From a virus (lineage: Duplodnaviria; Caudoviricetes), in IMG/VR virus record IMGVR_UViG_3300048577_000214, positions 1-29,010 of that record: DNA of 29,010 bases, one strand, 5' to 3'. The position numbers and the translations under genes were made by a program. The notes beneath the pieces were generated by a model. It had not been told where the DNA came from, did not search any database, and worked only from the letters and a program-made list of their open reading frames with translations. Positions 1 to 9,298 of the stretch are shown here, one piece after another (position 1 is the first letter of the stretch; each line of letters starts with the position of its first letter).

Positions 1-141
1 AAACGCCTTGGGCCCGGTCCACGCGATACCTTCATACGGCGTGGTCGGGCTGGTCGCATCCGGAAGGCCGGCCGCGTTCAGCCCAAAAACCACCGCGCTG
101 CGCGTCCCCACCGGGAACATTTTTCCATTTGCTGCAGACAT
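1..141 (-). CDS. Probable major tail protein, N-terminus only (truncated by window edge)
   Basis: ATG at 141 with GGAGGT RBS (146-151); open frame MSAANGKMFPVGTRSAVVFGLNAAGLPDATSPTTPYEGIAWTGPKAF runs off the window; product inferred from position after the tail terminator. Confidence 0.55.
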   Translation of the reverse strand, partial: MSAANGKMFPVGTRSAVVFGLNAAGLPDATSPTTPYEGIAWTGPKAF

Positions 142-152
142 AATTACCTCCG

Positions 153-614
153 TTATTCCTTGTAGGTCCGGCTCAAAACGTAGTTGACTTCAAGCCGGAT
201 TTCAAAACCAATGAATTTCGATCCCCACTCCGGCAGGACCACGATCCCGCTGTCCGAGACCGGTTCCGCCAGTTGCACCCCCGCCACACCCCCCAGTTGG
301 GGATATGCCAGGAATTGGTCGATGGCCTCGTCGATCAGCGGACGGCATTTCGCTTCCCGCTGGGTTGGGTCCCCCTCCGCGATGGGGATGACCGCCACCT
401 GCACCCGCATGGTCCGCCGTACCAGCGGCACCCCATCCCCAAGCGTTTCGGTGTCAATGGTTGAAGAGCTGGTGAACGAGTACAGCGCCGGCAGTTGGCT
501 GCTGTCAATGTTGGTGGGTGCCAGGGCGAAAGCCGTCTTGATCCCTGCGATCCCTCTGCCGACTGTCTGGATCCCCCCGGCGATGCTGGTGGTGATGGTG
601 ATTGTGTCGGCCAT
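153..614 (-). CDS. Putative tail terminator / tail completion protein
   Basis: 153 aa ORF coupled to the upstream stop; 'SQLPALY' motif and beta-rich C-terminus (FEIRLEVNY); position between adaptor and tail tube gene. Confidence 0.55.
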   Translation of the reverse strand: MADTITITTSIAGGIQTVGRGIAGIKTAFALAPTNIDSSQLPALYSFTSSSTIDTETLGDGVPLVRRTMRVQVAVIPIAEGDPTQREAKCRPLIDEAIDQFLAYPQLGGVAGVQLAEPVSDSGIVVLPEWGSKFIGFEIRLEVNYVLSRTYKE

Positions 615-1495
615 CAGATCCTCCCCGTCCTGGCGCCCAGCAGTTGGACTACATCCGCCGGCAGCGCCGATGGGTAGGTCACAACCCCGCTCCCGACGTT
701 GTAGGTCTTGTCATAGTTATCCACGTCCTTTTGCGACCAGCGCCAGCCGGCCAGCCTCAGGCAGGCGGTCACCACGTTGGCCTGTGGCCGCCAGATCTGG
801 ATGCTTGTTCCCGCCGCATGCGTTGCCGCTGTGGACCCATTTTGGTGTCTCGCCAGGCTCACCTGGTTGTGCGATGTATCCACCCCCAGCGCCAGGCAAT
901 ACTCACTGTCCATGCGGATCAGTTGCCCCACCTGGAACCGCGGAGACTGCAGATCGCCGGCTGCGCCGTCAGCATCGCCCACAGTCATCACCGTTGCACT
1001 GGCCGAGATCCCGCCGATATCCTGGATCGTATCCAGGCTGTCCATCCACGCGCTCTCATACGCCTCATGTGTGCCCCACACCCCGGTCAGCTCGATCCGG
1101 TCATCCTCACCGCCGCACCAGCTCTCACCTATCAAACGGACCCCGAAGCTCGGGCTGCTGCCAGCCGGCAACAGCTCATATGATCCAGTGGGGATCACCG
1201 AACCGTCGCCGTTTTTTAGCTCGATTACCTCCAGCAGGTCATCTGCCAGGCGCAGCGTTGGCTCCTTAGGGGATCCCACCGCCAGCGAGCTGTCGAATAC
1301 CCCAAACAGGCTCCCGGCCGTTCTGGGGATCTCCAACCGGCGGGTCTGGATCCGTGGATCGTAGTGGCGCTGTTTATAGTGTTCGATGTCCGCCGTGGCC
1401 GCCCGGATCGTGTCCAGCATCCGCATGTCGCTGGTGGTATCGATCAGATCCAACCCCTTGTAGTTCTTGAACTGGTGCAGCGTTATGGTGTTCAT
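614..1495 (-). CDS. Head-tail connector/adaptor protein with internal beta-rich insertion
   Basis: N-term 'ITLHQFKNY...D.RMLDTIRAATADIEHY', middle 'IELTGVWG', C-term 'VVTACLRLAGWRW...LPADVVQLL' typical of gp6/gp15-like adaptors. Confidence 0.65.
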   Translation of the reverse strand: MNTITLHQFKNYKGLDLIDTTSDMRMLDTIRAATADIEHYKQRHYDPRIQTRRLEIPRTAGSLFGVFDSSLAVGSPKEPTLRLADDLLEVIELKNGDGSVIPTGSYELLPAGSSPSFGVRLIGESWCGGEDDRIELTGVWGTHEAYESAWMDSLDTIQDIGGISASATVMTVGDADGAAGDLQSPRFQVGQLIRMDSEYCLALGVDTSHNQVSLARHQNGSTAATHAAGTSIQIWRPQANVVTACLRLAGWRWSQKDVDNYDKTYNVGSGVVTYPSALPADVVQLLGARTGRI

Positions 1496-1980
1496 TCAGT
1501 CTGCCCCTCATCACCGTCAGAGGGGCCAGTGTCATCCTGACCAGTCTCGCTTTCGTTTCCCTGGCCATCGCCGGTATCGCCCTGGGTTTCCTGACTTTCT
1601 CCGGCTGGTGTTCCCTCTCCGGTTGGTTGTATATTGGCGGAGTTTTCGGCATCCGAAACTATCGGAGCCACTGTCAGTGGCTGCTGAACCGCCGCCGCGG
1701 CTGGCTTGGGTGTGGAGGTCGGCTTGGGTGCCGAGGATGGCTTGGGCGCAGCGGAGGTGGATCCGGTTTTTCTGGAAGGTGTTATATCCACCTCAGTCCG
1801 CTTGGGCATCTGGGCCTTCGATTTCAGTGCGGTTCCAGGGATCTCTTCCGCGATGCCCTTTTTAACCAGCTCTTCCCCATACCAGTCATGGGTTTCCAGC
1901 ACCTGCCCTGGCTCACAGTCGTTGGCCGTCAGGAAGAGGTCGTTATACCGCCCGGCCTCAAGAATTATGATTTTCATCAT
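1492..1980 (-). CDS. Hypothetical virion-associated protein with low-complexity P/S/T/A and acidic tail
   Basis: 162 aa ORF in head module with AGGT RBS; short 'GEELVKKGIAEEI' domain followed by disordered repeats. Confidence 0.6.
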   Translation of the reverse strand: MMKIIILEAGRYNDLFLTANDCEPGQVLETHDWYGEELVKKGIAEEIPGTALKSKAQMPKRTEVDITPSRKTGSTSAAPKPSSAPKPTSTPKPAAAAVQQPLTVAPIVSDAENSANIQPTGEGTPAGESQETQGDTGDGQGNESETGQDDTGPSDGDEGQTE

Positions 1981-2032
1981 TACCTGCTTTCCCGGGGGCA
2001 GTTGCCTGCCCCCGATGGATCAAATTCCGGTC

Positions 2033-2485
2033 TTATCCAACCACGTTTACCATCTGCGCCACCGAGGCATCCTGGGTGACAGGCATCTTGGTGGGATTAC
2101 GCAGGATGATCTGGATCGTGAGGTAATCATCCGATCCGGCTGCGCCACTGGCATCGATGGTGATGTATTTGTACCCATTGTTGATATCCAGCTCGTTCAC
2201 CTGGAACTCGATGGTATAGATCTTGTCATCGCCGTCCGCGGGGACGGTAACCACAGCCCCAGTGAGGTTTTTGATGCCGGCTGTCTGGGTGGCACTGGTG
2301 TCCTGCTGGACCTGCAGCGTGATGGCGCTGGTGAGATCATGCGCCATAATTTCAACCACGACGCTCTCGTAGCCGACCACCGATTGGAACCCGGTGGATG
2401 CGGGATATTTGGCCACAGCAATGGCGACCCGCCCGGAGGCGACCACTTTCGGTTTGTGTTCTTCCATGAAAAGACGGTTGTACAT
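2033..2485 (-). CDS. Putative capsid decoration/cement protein
   Basis: 150 aa beta-rich ORF directly after the major capsid gene, AAGGAG RBS; product by synteny. Confidence 0.5.
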   Translation of the reverse strand: MYNRLFMEEHKPKVVASGRVAIAVAKYPASTGFQSVVGYESVVVEIMAHDLTSAITLQVQQDTSATQTAGIKNLTGAVVTVPADGDDKIYTIEFQVNELDINNGYKYITIDASGAAGSDDYLTIQIILRNPTKMPVTQDASVAQMVNVVG

Positions 2486-2506
2486 TTGATTCTCCTTTTT
2501 CTTAAT

Positions 2507-2529
2507 CCGGGAGCCGGTCTGGCTCCCGG
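2507..2529. repeat. Intergenic hairpin CCGGGAGCC-N5-GGCTCCCGG
   Basis: Perfect 9-bp inverted repeat between the capsid stop and the next RBS; no clear U-tract on the minus strand. Confidence 0.5.
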
Positions 2530-2546
2530 TATTGGATTACGTTTTC

Positions 2547-2626
2547 ATTAGGCGGAGATCTTCATGATCGCGAACAAATATTCGCGATTAGGCGGAGATC
2601 TTCATCACCGCGAACAAATATTCGCG
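2547..2626. repeat. 40-bp tandem duplication of the 3' end of the major capsid gene
   Basis: attaggcggagatcttcatgatcgcgaacaaatattcgcg (2547-2586) vs attaggcggagatcttcatcaccgcgaacaaatattcgcg (2587-2626); 2 mismatches. Confidence 0.95.
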
Positions 2627-4804
2627 ATTCGGCAGGCCGCCCACGCGGTCGCGGATGTGGAATTCCACCAGGTTCGGACCGGTTCCGCTGTCCTGGAAGC
2701 GCTGGATGGTCATGCCCAGCTTCTCGAGGATGGTGTAACCGCTCATGTCACAGAACAACATGGGGAAGGCCGCCCCGGCAACATCCGGCATGGCGCCGCA
2801 TTCGAAGGTCTTTTTGTTCAGCAAAGTTTCTTTCTCTGTGAGATCTTCATAGATGAACTTGCCATCGGTGGAGGTCAACTGTTCAATCACCCCGTAGGTA
2901 TCCGAATTGGCAACAAAAACGCCATTCTCCCTGTACTGGCTGGGCAGGCCGCGTTTCATTGCCTTCACCCCGCTTGAGAGGATGGTGGTATTGGACCCGG
3001 ATTTAACTTCGCTGAAACCGTGATAGTTCGCGCCATTGGGCAGCAGGCCGAGGGGTTTACCCACCCCGTCGCCGGTGACGAAGGTGAAATCCTGGTCGAT
3101 TTCGCGGGTGCTGGCGATATCAGAGGTAACGATCTCCACCAGGTTGACGGTGTCTTCAACTGTCGATTGCGACATTTTGACTTTGTAGGTGTAGACATGC
3201 AGCATCGCCTGGACGTTGTCCAGTTTGTAATTCTTTTCTGACGGGTTCTTGGTTTCATTTCCCCATTCGCCGCGCAGCAGGCCCTGGTAATATTTGCTGT
3301 TACCCCGGTATACCGGGATTTCGGTTGAGTTGCCGCGCGCGAGGGTGATGATCTGCGCGCCATTACCGCGGACAGCAGTCCGGCCCGGTTTGCGGGTGAG
3401 GATCTGTTCTTGCGCAATGGACGGGACTGCAAAGCCGACCAGTTCGCCCTGGGCTTCTATCTGGGTCGCTTTGATGGCCGGTGCGTCATACCCGAGCGCC
3501 ATCCCCATGATCGATTTGGCCGCGAAGATCTGCATGCGCAGGGCTTTCCGGTCATTGGCATCCAGGTTGGCTTCCCCACCGCGAAGGTACTTATTGAACG
3601 CGTACATCTGCGCTTGCAGGATGGATTTGTAATCCCGTCCGACCACGCCCGCCAGAATGGCATCCCGCGCTTCGCGTTCCTGGTCCTGCCCGCTGTAGCG
3701 CATCATATAGGCCGCATCGATTGATTTCTTGGCTGGGTCGTCGTCCTCACCTTTGGCGGGTTTGGAGTTGTCCGGGTCGGACCAGTCGTAGACCGGGTGA
3801 CTGTTGGCCATCGGACTTTCGACTTTGAACCCCATCTCGGCCAGACTCTTGGCCATCTTTTCCACTTCCGCTTTTGGGGTCTCGAACTTGAAACCCATCG
3901 CTTTCAGACCATCGGCGATTTTTGCCAGGTCGATGGACTTCATCGGTTCCTTGCCCGGATCGATGCTTGCGGCCGGATCCGCGCCTGGAACGGCAGGAAC
4001 TTCCATCCCCGCCAGCCCCAGGATGGTGGCAATGGCTTCGTACTGATCCGGTTTCAGCCCTGGGATCAATTTTTTAATTGCTTCAAGCACGTTCATGTTC
4101 TTTGCTCCTATCTGAATTGATTTCCCCCCTGCCGTCCGGCCGGCGCCCGCTCCCGTGATGCCTCGTGATCGTGGACCACCTTCAGCATCACCTGTGGGTT
4201 GCGGACCTGTGCCGCCGCTCTGGGCGGTGGGTTGCTCGGAAAACATATCCAGCAGGCTCTTCACCGCTGGGAATTCCTGACTTAATGCTTTGACGGCCGC
4301 CAGTTGGTTGCCCGTCAGCATATGTGGATCGCACGGCATTACCGTCAGGGCATCGCCCATCAGTGGCCACCGCGTAATCTCTCCTGTTGACTTGCGCTGG
4401 ATCCCCTGGCTGACCGCCTCGCTGCTCGTGCCGATCAGGCCCGCGTCGATGAGGTCCTCCAGGAACTGGACATACTTCTGCCGGCGGTCCAGCACCCGCT
4501 CCACAAAAATCCCCTTCTCATCCCGCCTGGCCGTGGACCAATCCACCGCCCCCAGGATGGCGCCCTTAACCCCTATACCATCCGGGTCCGCTCCGTGCTC
4601 GAAATTCACGGGCAGCAACCCTTTAGCCGTGTATTCGCTATCCACCTGGACCGAAGGAGAAAAATATTCTCCCCGCGATCCATCCGGATTGCGTCCGCTT
4701 CGTAGCCACTCCAGATCCCGCTGGCCAAACAGCAATATATAATTTCCCACCCGCAGCTCGGTGTCTGTTTTCTTCAGCGCCTTCAATGCGTTTTTGACAG
4801 TCAT
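2588..4804 (-). CDS. Prohead protease - major capsid protein fusion (HK97 fold)
   Basis: N-term protease-like 'GEYFS...PVNFEHG...DEKGIFVE...IGTSS...LTVMPCDP'; C-term capsid motifs 'GFAVPS', 'FVTGDGVGKPLGLL', 'DGKFIY', 'FCDMSGYTI', 'FHIRDRVGG'. Confidence 0.9.
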   Translation of the reverse strand: MTVKNALKALKKTDTELRVGNYILLFGQRDLEWLRSGRNPDGSRGEYFSPSVQVDSEYTAKGLLPVNFEHGADPDGIGVKGAILGAVDWSTARRDEKGIFVERVLDRRQKYVQFLEDLIDAGLIGTSSEAVSQGIQRKSTGEITRWPLMGDALTVMPCDPHMLTGNQLAAVKALSQEFPAVKSLLDMFSEQPTAQSGGTGPQPTGDAEGGPRSRGITGAGAGRTAGGKSIQIGAKNMNVLEAIKKLIPGLKPDQYEAIATILGLAGMEVPAVPGADPAASIDPGKEPMKSIDLAKIADGLKAMGFKFETPKAEVEKMAKSLAEMGFKVESPMANSHPVYDWSDPDNSKPAKGEDDDPAKKSIDAAYMMRYSGQDQEREARDAILAGVVGRDYKSILQAQMYAFNKYLRGGEANLDANDRKALRMQIFAAKSIMGMALGYDAPAIKATQIEAQGELVGFAVPSIAQEQILTRKPGRTAVRGNGAQIITLARGNSTEIPVYRGNSKYYQGLLRGEWGNETKNPSEKNYKLDNVQAMLHVYTYKVKMSQSTVEDTVNLVEIVTSDIASTREIDQDFTFVTGDGVGKPLGLLPNGANYHGFSEVKSGSNTTILSSGVKAMKRGLPSQYRENGVFVANSDTYGVIEQLTSTDGKFIYEDLTEKETLLNKKTFECGAMPDVAGAAFPMLFCDMSGYTILEKLGMTIQRFQDSGTGPNLVEFHIRDRVGGLPNREYLFAVMKISA

Positions 4805-4823
4805 CTCTCATTCCTCCTCAAAA

Positions 4824-4862
4824 CCCTCTGCATCTTCTGTGTCCTCTGTGGTGAAAAGGGTT
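4824..4862. repeat. Short dispersed repeat (CTCTGTGNN)n-GTGAAAA, copy 1
   Basis: ccctctgcatcttctgtgtcctctgtggtgaaaaggg; shares CTCTGTGGTGAAAA with 10690-10703. Confidence 0.7.
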
Positions 4863-5311
4863 TAATTCGCTTCCTGGATCCTCTTTTTGAGGTCCTTCCA
4901 GAATTTCTCCTCGAAGATCAGCCAGGCCCCATCCACGTTGTCCTCGTAGATGTCCCCCAACTGCCACCACCTGCCCTTGTGGACCTGCGCCTGGTACTTC
5001 ATCTCATCGCCCACCAGCTCGCCCGGGTAGTCCGCTCCAATAACCCAGGGAGCGTAGGGTGTGTTGGTCCCCAGTTGGCCGGTGATCATGCCCTCGTATC
5101 GGTCCACCCCGGTCGTGATGGTCCGTCCCAGCGTTCCTGTCCGGCGGTAACCCTGATCCTCGCGCGCTTCCGGGTAGCCGGGCACCTTCTCGAGGAGGAA
5201 AAGCATGGCGTCGTTCATGGCCGTCTCTGCCGCATCCATGGTCATGGATGGCAGATCGGCCACGATCCGCTCCAGTTCCGCCATTGCCGCATCCTTCGAG
5301 ATTGTCGGCAT
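4862..5311 (-). CDS. HK97 gp10-like head/tail component
   Basis: Start MPTISK at 5311 overlaps the portal stop (TAATG); motifs 'YRRTGTLGRTI' and 'LGTNTPYAPWV'. Confidence 0.7.
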   Translation of the reverse strand: MPTISKDAAMAELERIVADLPSMTMDAAETAMNDAMLFLLEKVPGYPEAREDQGYRRTGTLGRTITTGVDRYEGMITGQLGTNTPYAPWVIGADYPGELVGDEMKYQAQVHKGRWWQLGDIYEDNVDGAWLIFEEKFWKDLKKRIQEAN

Positions 5312-7734
5312 TACGCCACCTGTTCTCCCATATGCGGTCCCTCTGAGACGGCTACTCCGTTGAGTCCGCCGCATCCTTCCACCTGCCCCCAGGGAGTGGT
5401 GATCGGCTTTTTGCAGACCAACTCGTCCCTGGCGGTATTCCAGACCATCACCTTGGTACCGTCTTTGAGGGTCATCGGCCGCAGGTAACAACGGCAACCC
5501 GGATGAGCTGCCGGCCGAAATGCTGCCGGCGCGTACCCCGCCGCCTGCCAGGCCTGATTGTTGGCCGCCGCGTAGGTGTCCGTCGCCTCCGTGGATGCGA
5601 TCAGTTGCGCCCGCCGGCGATCAAAAACCGGGTTGCCGCTTCCGTCTGTCATGCCCTCGATCCGCGCGGTCAGATCATCCAGCGTCCCACCCTGCTTGGA
5701 CCAGTCACTCACCTCATCCCGGATCGCCTGTCGGGTGGTTTCGTTGATTTTCTTAACTTTGCTCGCCGCATCCGACCGGGCCCAGTCCACGGCGTTTTGG
5801 TTGGCCAACCCCCAGTTGATCTCCATCCCCGGCGCCACTGGTCCCTGCGCCAGTTGTACCCGGCTGACAGTGGACCGCGCCAGCTGGGTCAGATCCCCCT
5901 CCATGTCGTGCAGCAGATCCCGCTCAAACCGCCCCCACAGCTCATCATCCATCAGCATCGCCTGTGGATCCGATTTGCGCATCTCCTCGATGATCCGTTT
6001 GGCCTGGTCCTGCAGCCCCGCTTGCAAGGTATCCATCAGCCTCGCCTCATACTCAGACCATGGCCGCCAACTCCTCACAGCGGCAATCGCATTCGCCCCT
6101 ATCTGCGCGCCATCGATGCCAGTGCTCTTAGCCCCCCTTAGTAAGGGGGGTAGGGGGGATCTTTCCGCCAGCTCGAAAATTGCCTTTACATCCGCCTTTA
6201 CTTCCGCCATCTCCAACGCCCCGCGGATCTCCTCCGCCAGCTCCTCATCGATGGCCTCTGTTTCAAACTTCACCCCCGCCCCCTTGCCATTGGCCAGTCC
6301 CTTAATCGCCTTGTTCCTCCACAGCTTCAACTCCCCATCCGGGGTTTTTATCTCCGCCGTCTCAGTGGCGCCCGTGGCGAAAATTGTTTTGACCTCTGCC
6401 TGGGGAGCTGGCAGTGCAGCTCCACCTTTTTCCGGATCGACTGATCCTTCGGGGACATGCGTCTCTGTGCTGGGAACCATCAGCGCCGGGTTGGCTGACA
6501 TCGCGCTCGACAGGTTGATCTCCTGGGACGTCTTCTCACCGCGTCCTGCCGGCAGCGCCGGAAGGTTGTAATACTTCGCCCGCACCTCATCGATGGTCAG
6601 GTACGCCCCGATCTGCGCGACCTCCTGAATGTCTTGGGTCCTATTCCGCGGCCGGATATCCTTGTACTTCAACAACCAACCATCCCCATAAAACCGCCGG
6701 ATGATCTGGTTGTTGATCTGGCCCTGCCTCAGGAGCAAGAGCGGCCACAGCTTTTTTTCCTTGAAAATCGCGTCCGCCACTGTCGCGTTGGCCTCGGTCG
6801 CGGATACGTCCAGCATGCCCGGCGGGATCCCGAAGATCAGGAAGATCTCCTTTTTCGTTAGCTCCCTGCCGCCCAGAAAATCCATGTCATGCTGGCTGTA
6901 ACCCATCATGTTAAATGACACGTCCTGGGCGTTGGTGATCAGCGTTTTTCGCCTGTAAGCGGAATAATCATCCTCCAGCTCATCCTTGAGCGCCCGCACA
7001 TCCGCCGGGTCGATGGGTGCCTGCGCATTGCCGCTCGCAAGGTTGATATGGACGCTTGGCATTACATTGTCAGACCCGAAAAATGCCCCGTTCCAGCGGG
7101 CCATCGCCAGGTCCGCGTCCGCGGCCATCATCCCGGCCGTCAGCCGGCTCATCCCATCGAAAATGTTGAACGGATGCGGGTAGCGCATGTGGCAGATGTA
7201 CTCGTACGGGATCCTGAAGATCCGCCCGTGCTGTTGATACTCGTAATGGTCCACAAACCGATCTTTATCCCCTGGGATAGGCTTGACATACCTCGCCGGC
7301 AGCGGCCAGATCTCCGCCAGTTGCCCGGCTACATCCGTCGCCAGGAACCAGTACGCGCTCCCGTCCAGTTCCTGCCACAGGCTCGTGAACATCTGCAGGA
7401 ATGCCCCGTCCATGTGCGGGTTGGGGTTCGCCAGGATCTGCGTAAATGGATGATTCCTGACCAGCAGATCATCATCCCCACCCTGCAGATACATCTCCGC
7501 TTGAGAGGTGAGCAGCTCCCGCGCAATAAAATCTATCGCAATAAAAACCCAGCTCACCGTGAGGGCCCGCCGTTCGGCGGTTTCGCGCTCCCCGAAATCT
7601 CCGCCCTTCCAGCGTTCCCCCTCCGCCATATCCGTCAGGAGACCGGGGCGCCTGGCCGGGCCTGCCCGCCTGGCTACCTCGTACGTGTGGGCTGCCTCGC
7701 CCAGTGCCGCCGCCACTCTATCCAGCAGTCCCAT
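5311..7734 (-). CDS. Portal protein fused to MuF/SPP1 gp7-like minor head protein
   Basis: Portal motifs 'HPFTQILANPNP', 'LDGSAYW', 'EIWPLP', 'IFGIPPGML', 'LTIDEVRA'; MuF motifs 'INETTRQAIR', 'RAQLIASTE', 'AHPGCRCYL'. Confidence 0.88.
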   Translation of the reverse strand: MGLLDRVAAALGEAAHTYEVARRAGPARRPGLLTDMAEGERWKGGDFGERETAERRALTVSWVFIAIDFIARELLTSQAEMYLQGGDDDLLVRNHPFTQILANPNPHMDGAFLQMFTSLWQELDGSAYWFLATDVAGQLAEIWPLPARYVKPIPGDKDRFVDHYEYQQHGRIFRIPYEYICHMRYPHPFNIFDGMSRLTAGMMAADADLAMARWNGAFFGSDNVMPSVHINLASGNAQAPIDPADVRALKDELEDDYSAYRRKTLITNAQDVSFNMMGYSQHDMDFLGGRELTKKEIFLIFGIPPGMLDVSATEANATVADAIFKEKKLWPLLLLRQGQINNQIIRRFYGDGWLLKYKDIRPRNRTQDIQEVAQIGAYLTIDEVRAKYYNLPALPAGRGEKTSQEINLSSAMSANPALMVPSTETHVPEGSVDPEKGGAALPAPQAEVKTIFATGATETAEIKTPDGELKLWRNKAIKGLANGKGAGVKFETEAIDEELAEEIRGALEMAEVKADVKAIFELAERSPLPPLLRGAKSTGIDGAQIGANAIAAVRSWRPWSEYEARLMDTLQAGLQDQAKRIIEEMRKSDPQAMLMDDELWGRFERDLLHDMEGDLTQLARSTVSRVQLAQGPVAPGMEINWGLANQNAVDWARSDAASKVKKINETTRQAIRDEVSDWSKQGGTLDDLTARIEGMTDGSGNPVFDRRRAQLIASTEATDTYAAANNQAWQAAGYAPAAFRPAAHPGCRCYLRPMTLKDGTKVMVWNTARDELVCKKPITTPWGQVEGCGGLNGVAVSEGPHMGEQVA
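6132..6161. repeat. GC-rich palindromic short dispersed repeat in-frame within the portal-MuF linker
   Basis: CCCCCCTTA-G-TAAGGGGGG followed by TAGGGGGGATC; encodes SPLPPLLRG on the minus strand. Confidence 0.6.
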
Positions 7735-9298
7735 AACTCACTCCCTCCGGCTGGCTCTTCGCCACCGCAAATGTCAATCTTGTGCTCTTGGGTACCGAAA
7801 TCATCTGCAGCACCCCCGACATCGTATCCACCTGGTCATCATGCCCGGAAACACCAAATCGAATCACTTCATCCAGGAATGTTTGTACCCAAGGTCCGTT
7901 GATTAGCTTCACATGCCCCTGTCTGGCTCTGGTCTGCGCCGGCAGCGCCCGCGTCATTTTGTCCCCCACTGGTTTGACCGGGACCATAGCCACCCCAGCT
8001 AGTTGTGGATCCTTCATAAACTCCTGCCATACCAGCACCTGGAAGGCGACGTCCTCAACCCCCCAAATCGTGCCCTGTTCTTCAGGGGAAAGCATCCAGT
8101 TCTTGATAACTGCCAGAAAATGGTTCAACTCCCGCACGCGGATCATATCCCTGCCGATCAGGTCCATCCCAACCAGCGCCCCGGCCAGGCAGGCGTTCCA
8201 ATCGCTTTTTACTGTCCGCCCCAGCGCCAGATCGATATACCGGTACCACTGCACCCCGACCGGTCGCATCGAAGGATCGATCACAATAAAATCGCTCTGC
8301 ATGAAGAACCCACCCACTGCCTCGCCCGGTACCTGTTGGTACAAGGGCCACCATTTTTCCAGGGTCACGTTCTTCTCCACTTTCCGCAGACCATCCTCGT
8401 CATCCCGGCCCTCTGGCCACAACGCTTCACCAGGTTTACGCCCCAACTGATCACCGCCAACCGGCAGATAGATCCCCCTCGCCATCTCCTTGCGCTGGCT
8501 TTCCTCGTCCAGTGGATACTGGTCCTCATCCAGCGCCCGCGCCGGCAGAAAAACGATCTCCCACTGATCGAAGTCCGGGTCCTGGTTGGCCATCATTTTC
8601 AACAGCCGTCCGGCCATGTCATCCATCGACCACCTGGTATGCGTGAGGATGATGGCCCCGCCCGGGCGTTCCAACCGGGTGTAAGCCACAGACTGGTACC
8701 AGTCGATCAGGTTGTTGATGTACTCCGGGTTGATCAGATCCGCCCACTCCTTGATCGGGTCATCGATTCCAAACAGATTGGCGCCCTGGCCGGTGATGCC
8801 GCCTCCCACACCCGCCGCCAGCAGGCCGCCCCGATGTGGAGCTGCCAGATCCCAGTGGCTCTGGCTTTTGCTGTCCGGCGAGATCTCCACCACCTCATCC
8901 GCCAGCGAGTTTTTCCCGAAAATATCCCGATATCGGTCCGATAAAATCAAATCTCTTACAGCCCGGCTGTCCTTCTGCGAAAGATTGGCTCCGTAGGAGG
9001 TCAAGATCACCCGGTAATCCGGGTCCGTTCCCAGCAGCCAGGCGGGGAAGATCTGGCTGATCAACTGGCTCTTGCCATACCGCGGAGGCATGAACACCAT
9101 CAGCCGCCCGATCCCCTCTTTCCCCCCCGTGCGGATGTATAGCGCCACCTGCTCCAGTTTTTCCGCCAGGTATTCCAGGTGCCGAGCCCGTTTGTACCAG
9201 GGCAGCATCGCGCACGCAAAATCCATCACGTGCCGTCTGGCCAGCTCGCGGATGGCAATCTCTCGCAGGGCATCCTTGCGGGCAATCGCGGTTGTCAT
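7718..9298 (-). CDS. terL: Terminase large subunit
   Basis: Walker A 'MPPRYGKS', 'GVGGGITGQGA', Walker B 'GIDDP', 'THTRW', nuclease 'IDLA' and 'HDDQVD'. Confidence 0.95.
   Translation of the reverse strand: MTTAIARKDALREIAIRELARRHVMDFACAMLPWYKRARHLEYLAEKLEQVALYIRTGGKEGIGRLMVFMPPRYGKSQLISQIFPAWLLGTDPDYRVILTSYGANLSQKDSRAVRDLILSDRYRDIFGKNSLADEVVEISPDSKSQSHWDLAAPHRGGLLAAGVGGGITGQGANLFGIDDPIKEWADLINPEYINNLIDWYQSVAYTRLERPGGAIILTHTRWSMDDMAGRLLKMMANQDPDFDQWEIVFLPARALDEDQYPLDEESQRKEMARGIYLPVGGDQLGRKPGEALWPEGRDDEDGLRKVEKNVTLEKWWPLYQQVPGEAVGGFFMQSDFIVIDPSMRPVGVQWYRYIDLALGRTVKSDWNACLAGALVGMDLIGRDMIRVRELNHFLAVIKNWMLSPEEQGTIWGVEDVAFQVLVWQEFMKDPQLAGVAMVPVKPVGDKMTRALPAQTRARQGHVKLINGPWVQTFLDEVIRFGVSGHDDQVDTMSGVLQMISVPKSTRLTFAVAKSQPEGVSYGTAG

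Noticed and set aside
1990-2011. Hairpin CGGGGGCAG/CTGCCCCCG as terminator
   Set aside because: No U-tract on the minus strand; at most an mRNA stability or processing element.
2547-2626. Repeat pair as a CRISPR mini-array or DGR template/variable repeat
   Set aside because: No spacer between units, identical to coding sequence, and no reverse transcriptase in the window.
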